From the NCBI GenBank assembly GCA_002811645.1, contig PDIP01000064.1, positions 208,763 to 272,762 on the forward strand: DNA of 64,000 bases, given 5' to 3'. Of the stretch, positions 56,220-64,000 are shown in pieces; position 1 is the first letter of the stretch; each line of letters starts with the position of its first letter. Made by a program: the position numbers and the translations under genes. Source of the stretch: Corallochytrium limacisporum Hawaii (lineage: Eukaryota; Protista; Pluriformea). A model generated the notes under the pieces. It worked only from the letters and a program-made list of their open reading frames with translations, made no database searches and was not told where the DNA came from.

Positions 56220-57530
56220 ATGTGGAATTTCGTCATGTCTTTGTTTGCCGGACGCGATCAGATCATCCTCTATGTGATATCGCTGATACTTGCATTTTTC
56301 CACCTGTGCCATGGTGCGCCGGCCGTTCTATCGGTGGAACCTGTTCAACTCACAGACAGTACAGCTGTTGAACAGTTTGGCATTGCTGTTAGTACATCTG
56401 CCGACGGCAAGGCTTTGGCAGTTGGTGCATATCGTGATGACGAGAACGGCGCCAGCCCAGGCAACGTGTACGTGTACAATGACGATTTTATTGGAGGGTG
56501 GACTCAGTCTCAGAAACTAACGCCCACTGACGGTGCAGCTGGTGACTACTTTGGCAATGCAGTGAGCATGTCCGCTGATGGCACGCGTTTGGCGGTCAGT
56601 GCAGTCGGTGCAAGTACCGTGTATGTGTATGAACGTGCCGCCCGCGGAGGTGATTTCACTCTGTCTCAAGAACTCAAAGCTTCAGATGGTACACCATTTG
56701 ACTTTTTTGGCTGGTCCGTGAGCATGTCTGCGGACGGCACATATGTAGTGGTTGGCGCAGCCGGTGGCACATCAGGCAGCGTGTACATGTTCCAGGATGA
56801 CGGGGGCAACTGGACTCAGACTAAGAAACTGACAGCCTCAGACGGTGCAGCATGGGACCTTTTTGGCTGTGCCGTGAGCATTTCTGCTGACGGTAAGCGA
56901 GTGGCGGTTGGTGCATTTCGTGACGATGACAACGGTGCCAGTTCCGGCAGCGTGTACGTGTACGATGACGACGCGACCAACGGCTTCACCAAATTGGCGC
57001 CCTCTAACGGTGCAGCTGGTGCCTACTTTGGCAATGCAGTGAGCATGTCTGACGACGGCAAGCGTTTGGTGATCGGTGCATATGGAAGCAATGCCGGTGC
57101 TTTGAATTCAGGCAGCGTGTATGTGTACGATGACGATGGGACGAACAGCTGGTCCCATTCTCTTCAATTAACAGCCCAAGACAGCGGACTATTTCAATTC
57201 TTTGGTAATGCCTTGAGCATGTCTGGTGACGGTACGCATTTTGCGGTTGGTTCATCGCGAGACAAGGACAACGGCATTAGAGCCGGCGGTGTGTACGTGT
57301 TCAAGTATAATGAAGGGACAAGTGAGTGGAATCAATCTCAGAAACTGACAGCCGAAGACGGTGAACCTGGTGACCGTTTTGGCTTTGCCGTAAGCATGTC
57401 TAACGATGGCACGTTTGTGCCGGTTGGTGCACCATGGACTAACGACGGCATTAATGAAGGTAATGTGTACCTGTATCAGTACCAGGATGCGACAAACGGG
57501 TGGGCCCAGTCTGACAAACTATCGTCTTGA
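56220..57530 (+). CDS. Secreted FG-GAP repeat protein (7-blade integrin-alpha-like beta-propeller), with no leg or TM domains
   Basis: Signal peptide followed by seven FG.AVSMS.DG..(L/V)(A/V)VGA....G.VYVY repeats linked by W.Q.QKLTA.DG. Confidence 0.93.
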   Translation: MWNFVMSLFAGRDQIILYVISLILAFFHLCHGAPAVLSVEPVQLTDSTAVEQFGIAVSTSADGKALAVGAYRDDENGASPGNVYVYNDDFIGGWTQSQKLTPTDGAAGDYFGNAVSMSADGTRLAVSAVGASTVYVYERAARGGDFTLSQELKASDGTPFDFFGWSVSMSADGTYVVVGAAGGTSGSVYMFQDDGGNWTQTKKLTASDGAAWDLFGCAVSISADGKRVAVGAFRDDDNGASSGSVYVYDDDATNGFTKLAPSNGAAGAYFGNAVSMSDDGKRLVIGAYGSNAGALNSGSVYVYDDDGTNSWSHSLQLTAQDSGLFQFFGNALSMSGDGTHFAVGSSRDKDNGIRAGGVYVFKYNEGTSEWNQSQKLTAEDGEPGDRFGFAVSMSNDGTFVPVGAPWTNDGINEGNVYLYQYQDATNGWAQSDKLSS

Positions 57531-57640
57531 AGCGTCGACACTATGTGGCTACTCTTGTAATGGTGTGAGCATGTCTCGCGATGGCATGTCTCGCGATGGC
57601 ACTCGCGTCGCGGTTAGTACCGCGCTTGACGATGAAAAAA
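57531..57640 (+). pseudogene. Out-of-frame relic of an 8th FG-GAP repeat
   Basis: The +1 frame reads GYSCNGVSMSRDGMSRDGTRVAVSTALDDE and contains a 15-bp tandem duplication, ATGTCTCGCGATGGC, at 57571-57600. Confidence 0.75.
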
Positions 57641-58997
57641 TACAGTCTAAAGAAGATGATCAAAATATAATCAAAACAGGCTTACTATGCCGCTTTTCTT
57701 AACGTTAACTTCTGCTTCAGACGTTTTCTATGTGTGTTTTGAATTTGTATGCATGTCAAAGTGGTGTAATGAAGCGTTTGTTAGAGGATCGCCCAGTATT
57801 CAAGGTCCATCAATCTGAGAGGACGGAAGGACCCAACGCATCCGTAGTAGGCAACAAACATGGGAAATGCCAACGCCATGGAATACCATCACTTTCGTGT
57901 ACGTCCAATATATGAGCCTGGCCACAACGTGCGCAACCCGCGGATTCTTCTGTTGGATTAGTTTCAATCAATTCACTGCCACCGACAACTTTGGTATGGT
58001 AGGTGGTACACCCTTTCTCCACGGCTTGGCATAACGGATAGGTGACTACCCCCTCCCCCCCGTCCCGTGACGAAACAGGTTCTGGTTGCCCGTGGTATCA
58101 GTTTTCTGCTTTGCACTTCAGCTGGGGTTTGCCGAAGGTGGCAATGCTTATGGCGTGGGGAAGCTAGTAGACCACAGTCAGCCATAAGGTCTTAGAGAGG
58201 ACATTAATGGGTCCCCCCACAGTCAACACTTCACGAGCCATTGCGCAATCGTGTGCTTTTTCAATTTTTGTACTGAAAGTACCTGCATTCACGGAGTTTG
58301 AAACAGCTCCTGTATCAGGGTTGAGTCACAATCTTCTGGATAGTGCATGGATAGGGCACATGAGAGCATCTCGTTATCAAAGTTGCCATTGGTGAGCACC
58401 GCCTAGTAAGTCCAAACAAGTACCTTGGTAGTTAATATCACAGTGTACACGAGTACACAGAGTACCGGTCGTTGCCGGCGACAATGCAGACTGCCCATTG
58501 TATTCCCCTGCGAATTGGTTTCCCTTGGCCGCACAAGAACGGGAAGACGTTGCCTGTCCCTTCCAAAATGCGCCGACAATCGATAGGCGATAAGGAGCTG
58601 CAGAAAAGGTGTGGATGAGAAACGTATCCGACCATCAGCTGAAAGCCCCCGTCCCCAAAGAGGGGGGGAGGGGGGATGGGAGATCTCACGATCAACACAC
58701 TATGGGGATCATAAGGGCATCATAATACCCTCGGGGAACAATCTGCGATGGGTGCCGGAGTGATCCATATATAATGTACTGCGCCACCAGATAGAGGAAT
58801 CTCATGCGTACAGGAAATCGCGGGTCTGTGAGCAAGGCCACACACCATCGCCTCTCTGCCCATCCACTCCATGATCGTAAACATTTTGTCAGAATCACGG
58901 TCACATGACAGTGGTCCACTATCACTCTAAATTGGGCCTCATTCCATTGGTACAGTAGGTATTTAACTGACTAGGACAACTTCTTCTCACTTCCAGG

Positions 58998-60008
58998 ATG
59001 GGAATTCGGCTAGACAGTCAGATCATTCCTGAACGCACCATGTTGGCCAACAAGCTACCGGAACCGAATAATTCGACGTCTTCGCTGTCAGAGCGCCGTG
59101 ATGCTGCCTACAAAGATCTTCCCTGGACCGCATTCTTTGTTAGCTGGATTAAGGCCATTGAGGACCCTATTCATAAAATTTTCTTCAAAGACAATGACAT
59201 GCAGGAAGAACAGAATCGGGTATTCGGCGGTCATGCTCTCACCTGGCCTGCTCATAGGGTTCATTTCTTCGACAGAATTGTTCGTGACAGTGTAAGAGCA
59301 GAGAATGGATTGGATAAGACAGGTTTAATGCCGGCTACTCAAGTCATCACCTTGGGATCCGGATTGGATACGCGATCAATTCGCATGGCAGAAATTGAAA
59401 CTCCTAATGGTATGAAAGTCAAACCACGCTACTTTGAAGTGGACCGGGAGGCCATTCTAGAGTACAAGAAGATGTGCTATGGCATCGAGGGGTATGACTA
59501 TGAAAACGATATTATCATTTCCGGGGACTACGTTGATGACTTTGATGGTGTTTTTAACAAGTTTGAGGCGAGCGGTCTGAAACGGGATGAACCGACGACC
59601 ATCGTTTGGGAAGGCAACGTCATGTACTTGTCCCCAGCTGATGTTCACCAAACCATTGTAAGAATTTGCAATTTCTTCAAGAGTACTAATGTTTACTTTG
59701 CTGTTGACATCATGCCCACCACTTGGGCCGACGATAGAGTTGCAGACGTTATAAATCATGAGTTTGGACTCGTACACTTCATCCATGAGTTGCGGCGTAT
59801 TGGCTATCCGCTCCACAACGGATACGACGATGTTGAAGGAGAGTTGGTAAAGCCAGCAAACGATATGCTACCGGCAGCAGATGTGAAAGGGACCCTAGTT
59901 TATGTGAGCAACGAACCATGTAAGCAGTACGCCGATCCGCAGGAGTATCCCGATGTCTCTGACGACTGCTTGCAGTACCGTATGATTAACTTCATTTACC
60001 AACCCTAA
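58998..60008 (+). CDS. SAM-dependent methyltransferase, LCM/Omt (leucine-carboxyl methyltransferase-like) family
   Basis: RVHFFDRIV, QVITLGSGLDTRSIRM, YFEVD, ISGD and IVWEGNVMYLS. The start is 58998 or 59040. Confidence 0.88.
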   Translation: MGIRLDSQIIPERTMLANKLPEPNNSTSSLSERRDAAYKDLPWTAFFVSWIKAIEDPIHKIFFKDNDMQEEQNRVFGGHALTWPAHRVHFFDRIVRDSVRAENGLDKTGLMPATQVITLGSGLDTRSIRMAEIETPNGMKVKPRYFEVDREAILEYKKMCYGIEGYDYENDIIISGDYVDDFDGVFNKFEASGLKRDEPTTIVWEGNVMYLSPADVHQTIVRICNFFKSTNVYFAVDIMPTTWADDRVADVINHEFGLVHFIHELRRIGYPLHNGYDDVEGELVKPANDMLPAADVKGTLVYVSNEPCKQYADPQEYPDVSDDCLQYRMINFIYQP

Positions 60009-61440
60009 CGAGTAGGATATTTTGTTATTTTGCTTATAAGCCAATCATACGTCCTATCATATATTTGTGAGTGCCATCGTACCGAAATAGAGTCATTTCA
60101 CTTGCCATTAGGTTTTGGGTTTCGGGTTTTGGGTGTTCTAAAGTGGGTCAACCTTCATAGATCCGATAGATTTGCTGGGCTTTATAACAGTCCTTGGGGG
60201 CTTGCGAGCGAGCATATCTCGAACGCTTCACCAGTACGACTGTCTGAGCACGGAAATGAGTGGTTTCTGCCAAACCCCTTTCGGAGCCTCGGGCCACCTG
60301 CTTATAAAGGGTAGGAGGATGCGCAGGCGAAATTCGCCGGTCCCCTGCCCCAATGTGCTCGGTAGTGCCATTATGTGGACATGAAAATGCAGCTCTAGAT
60401 CATGCCCCATATGAGTAGTTATTCGGTCGCGAATTGTCTGATATATGTTGTATGTACTTCAGAGAAATGTACCAGTAGCGAATTTCGGGTCTCTTTGTGT
60501 TGGCCCCAATAGTAAAGGACTCTCCTTTGTCTATCTAATTGTTGTGAATTGAACCATTTTGACTCATAATTCATGACTAAATTATTGCATTTAATTTGCG
60601 AAATCAAGGTGCTACGAGGCGAGCTCATGATCATGACGAGTAGAAACCTGGGATATTACCACAGTCAAGTTTCCAACGCCCGGTAATCCTCCACAGAGAA
60701 TGGGACTGTTTTAGTTGTGAACAGGTCAGCAACGGGCTGTAGTGAAACACGTATTCGTAAATTGCAAAATATGACGGATGGGAGTGTTCCGTTCCTGTCC
60801 CTGAGTTCTTGACCTCTAAGTGCCAGGGCCGCAGTTGCAGGAAGGTTGGAAAATTATGGGGTGGGTTATGACGCGTTATGCTCAAAATTCTGCCGTGTCC
60901 TGCTTGCCGCCAGTGAGAAATTTTGGGTTTCCAGCGCTTCGTCGGGAACTTTCCACCTGACCGCCATGATTTAGTAATAACTCTCACTCACGAAAACATG
61001 GAATGCAACATATCGTGGCACTCTCGGGATCCAGAAAATATTTTCTATTTCCATACTTATAGTAATGCAACGCAGAGCTTGTTTTCTTCTGTGTGTGCTT
61101 CTTCGGCATCGCGATGGCATCGAGATTATATCGTGATCAAGGATAGTTGGTACCCACACAAACATGTCAGAGCCGATTGGCCTTCATGCCCCGATACCCG
61201 GGACTTTTGCGTATACGCAACGAAGTTCACGCTCCACTGTATAAGTAATTCAGCTACCACCATTTTCTGATTTGCCGATTAAATTCACCGCGTGAAAAGG
61301 GTTCGGACTGTCCTCCACCGCCCGGGGCGAACAACTCCTCCCTGTCAAAAAAGGGTAAAACCTTAGACATACGCACGTTCGACATACGATGCAACTCAGT
61401 CTCATGACACGCGATGCAAGTTTGCCTTGTGGCACCGGGG

Positions 61441-61447
61441 TATATAA
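61441..61447 (+). promoter_or_regulatory. Candidate TATA box of the DPP III gene
   Basis: ggggTATATAAggg, about 100 nt upstream of the ATG (context aaaacaATG). Confidence 0.5.
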
Positions 61448-61539
61448 GGGCAATTGAAGACCGTACTAAAGAGCTCATTGGTTCTTGTACTTGCTTCCTG
61501 CAAATCAAACGATTGTCTTAGACTCTAAAACATAAAACA

Positions 61540-63684
61540 ATGCGGGCGCAACAGACTGATATCGATCTGAGCCAGTGGACGATCCCCAATGATGTGCCTG
61601 TTGCCTTGCTGGACTGCAAGGCAGCCTTTAAAAACTTGACTCATCAGGAAAAGGCTTATGCACATTACCTCAGTGAGGCTTCCTGGGCAGGTGCCCTTAT
61701 TGTATTATTGCAGACCTCTCCCGAAGCTCCCGGGATCTTTCTCCTCCTTCAAGCCCTCTTCCATGGTGACGACATCTCGGCACTGGAGGCGGTTTGCACC
61801 GATGCTGGACTCACGGAAGATGAAAGCAATGCCATCTACACCTATGCCGCAGCATTTTACTGCAACATGGGCAACTACAAGTTCGTTGGTAGCACCAAAT
61901 TTATTCCTAAGCTGAGTAGTGAGAAGTTTGAAGCTGTCGTGAAGAAGTCATCCGCATGCAAGGCCGATGAGAAGTATGTTGGTGCCCTGTGGGACGACAT
62001 CAAGGAGGCTATGTATTCTTTGGATCCGCGGCGACAGCAGCTTGGCCTTGGGGTCAGCAATGGCCTAACTACCTACTGGTCTTCCAATTGTGAGAAGGAT
62101 GATGCAGTGTTCGTTCAAGACTTCCTAGACACCAAAGAAATTCCTGCCTACAACACCAGGTGTTTCAAGGAGGGAGATGCCTACCACATTCTTATTGCAA
62201 GCGCAGAGAAGACTGAACTTCCATGCACTAGGGAATTTGAGCACAAGGGCAAGAAATTCTATGTGAAGACTGGCGATTACGGCCCTCTTTTGGCTCGTGT
62301 GTGTGAGAACTTGACCAAAGCCAAGGATCACGCTGCCAATGAGACTGAAGCGCGCATGCTTGAAAAATATATTGAGAGCTTCACAACTGGATCATTGGAT
62401 GCTCACAAGGACGCATCTCGCTCCTGGGTCACAAACAAAGGCCCCATAGTCGAGACTTACATGGGTTTCTGGCTTCAATACCGTGATCCCTTTGGTACTC
62501 GCGGTGAATGGAGCGGCTTTACAGCTGTGGTCAACAAGGAAAGGTCTCGCAAACTCCAGATTCTGGTAGACAAAACTGCCGATCTGCTGAAGGAGATGCC
62601 GTGGCCCGAGTTCTTTGAGAAGGAAAATTTCCTGCAGCCTGACTTCACGTCTCTCGATGTCATTACTTTTGCTAGCAGTGTCATACCTGGTGGTATCAAC
62701 CTCCCTTCTTATAGTGAGGTTAACAGTAAGGAAGGTTTCAAGAACGTTTCCTTGGACAATGTATCGAGTGCACAACTCTCGGCAGCTAAGAGTACCTTCA
62801 TTCAGGATAGCGACCTGCAGCTATACAAGTACCTTGTACCACCCATGAATGAGGTACACGTTGCCTTGCACGAGTTGTTTGGTCACGGATCTGGCCGTCT
62901 GGTCTTTGAGGAAGATCTTGCCGGAAAGGATGTCATGCATCCGTTCACCAAGGAGAAAATTACTCAGGCCTACAAAAAGAACGAATCCTTTTTCGGCAAG
63001 TTCTCTTCTGTGGCATCCGCATACGAAGAGTGCCGAGCAGAATGCGTAACTCTTCATCTCAGCTGCATCCGTGACATTCTGAAGATTTTCGGTCACGAAG
63101 ACGGGAAAGCTGAGGATATCTTGTACGTTCTTTGGCTAAGAATGGCGCAATCGGGTCTGACAGCCCTCGCAGACTATAACTCTGCTACTGGTGAGTGGGG
63201 CCAGGCTCATTCGCAGGCCCGCTTCTGCATTCTCCGCGTTCTGCTGGAAGAGGGAGAAGGTGTCCTCGTGATCAAAGAAATTACTGGCGAGGACGGCAAG
63301 CCTGACTTGATTCTCAAGGTCGATCGCAGAAAGATCGATAGCCACGGTAGGCCCTCGATTGCGCATTTCTTAGCGAAGCTGCAAGTTTACAAGGCTATTG
63401 CGGACACTGAACAAGGCGTCAAGATGTACAATAGGTACAGCACTGTAAATGAATACTTTTCCAATCTACGTAAGATCGTGCTTGCCCGTAGAAAGCCTTC
63501 AGCCATGCTTGTGCAGGTGGATACTACCGTTGACAAGGACGGTGCTGTGTCCTTGCAACCCTTCGAGGCCACGGTCCAGGGCATCTGCAGCTCTATGAAG
63601 ACTCGCTACCCTGCTGCAGATGCCCAACTGTATGCTCTATGGAAGACTGAGGCAGATTTTCACCAGTATCATCCTCTTCAGTAG
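61540..63684 (+). CDS. DPP3: Dipeptidyl peptidase III (peptidase family M49), divergent substrate pocket
   Basis: Zinc motifs HELFGHGSG (HExxGH) and EECRAE, plus QTSPE, NMGNYK, YRDPFG.RGE, FLQPDFTSL, GINLP.Y, EGFKNVSL and WGQAHSQAR. Confidence 0.95.
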   Translation: MRAQQTDIDLSQWTIPNDVPVALLDCKAAFKNLTHQEKAYAHYLSEASWAGALIVLLQTSPEAPGIFLLLQALFHGDDISALEAVCTDAGLTEDESNAIYTYAAAFYCNMGNYKFVGSTKFIPKLSSEKFEAVVKKSSACKADEKYVGALWDDIKEAMYSLDPRRQQLGLGVSNGLTTYWSSNCEKDDAVFVQDFLDTKEIPAYNTRCFKEGDAYHILIASAEKTELPCTREFEHKGKKFYVKTGDYGPLLARVCENLTKAKDHAANETEARMLEKYIESFTTGSLDAHKDASRSWVTNKGPIVETYMGFWLQYRDPFGTRGEWSGFTAVVNKERSRKLQILVDKTADLLKEMPWPEFFEKENFLQPDFTSLDVITFASSVIPGGINLPSYSEVNSKEGFKNVSLDNVSSAQLSAAKSTFIQDSDLQLYKYLVPPMNEVHVALHELFGHGSGRLVFEEDLAGKDVMHPFTKEKITQAYKKNESFFGKFSSVASAYEECRAECVTLHLSCIRDILKIFGHEDGKAEDILYVLWLRMAQSGLTALADYNSATGEWGQAHSQARFCILRVLLEEGEGVLVIKEITGEDGKPDLILKVDRRKIDSHGRPSIAHFLAKLQVYKAIADTEQGVKMYNRYSTVNEYFSNLRKIVLARRKPSAMLVQVDTTVDKDGAVSLQPFEATVQGICSSMKTRYPAADAQLYALWKTEADFHQYHPLQ

Positions 63685-63982
63685 AGTACCCGACCAATTC
63701 GGCAGGAATGGATCTATCTTGACCCTAGCACGGGTTGAGAACTGCGATCTACAAGATTGTCAAGAGATGGAAGTCTCATTTACATCATGATAATGTCTGG
63801 TCTTCCACTTGTGAACACTGGTATGGTTCATGCCGTGCTCACGTATTTAAGGGAATCATCCGTTAGTGACAACCAAAGGTCGATCTGTTATCATTCGTCA
63901 TACAAATACTGAACACTTCTCGTTCAATAGATCCACAATCATACGTTCCCATGTCCTTGGTGTCTTCGCCATTGTTCCCGCC

Positions 63983-64000
63983 TTAGGGTTAGGGGTAGGG
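63983..64000 (+). repeat. Start of a telomeric repeat tract (TTAGGG)2 GTAGGG
   Basis: Abrupt switch to TTAGGG units at the very end of the window, with the G-rich strand running 5'->3' toward the end, as expected for a chromosome terminus. Confidence 0.75.

Noticed and set aside
57522-57533. Programmed +1 frameshift at the FG-GAP stop (UCU-UGA) into the 8th repeat
   Set aside because: The downstream repeat is degraded (FG lost, internal duplication, early end), which fits decay better than recoding.

Overview
This is eukaryotic nuclear DNA from a gene-dense, essentially intronless genome read in the standard code. Gene content (long-tailed myosin I, FoxK/Fkh-type FHA-forkhead factor, C2-C2-RasGAP, DPP III) points to a unicellular opisthokont; an intron-poor holozoan such as Corallochytrium would fit, but this is inference only. 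The window holds about 21 protein genes, three N-gaps, several microsatellites and a TA-flanked TIR element spanning the largest gap. It ends in TTAGGG repeats 298 bp after the last gene, so it is probably a chromosome end. The top finding is in the 5' leader of the S-adenosylmethionine decarboxylase (AdoMetDC) gene (minus strand). A strong-Kozak 4-codon uORF, AUG-GAG-GGC-UCC-UGA-C (MEGS*), ends in the UCC-UGA shift site used by ornithine decarboxylase antizyme. Its +1 frame stays open for 86 more codons and runs over the AdoMetDC start codon. The shifted peptide MEGS-DIPS also resembles the vertebrate polyamine-sensing uORF MAGDIS. This suggests a polyamine-triggered frameshift OFF-switch for AdoMetDC. 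Other highlights are a GPI-anchored Agd3/CE18-like deacetylase, an IDO-family protein missing its canonical heme-ligand His, a subtilisin-LNR-mucin-GPI protein, a DPP III with a remodelled substrate pocket next to the telomere, and a 7-blade FG-GAP protein with an out-of-frame relic 8th blade. I found no rRNA, tRNA, snRNA or CRISPR features by eye.
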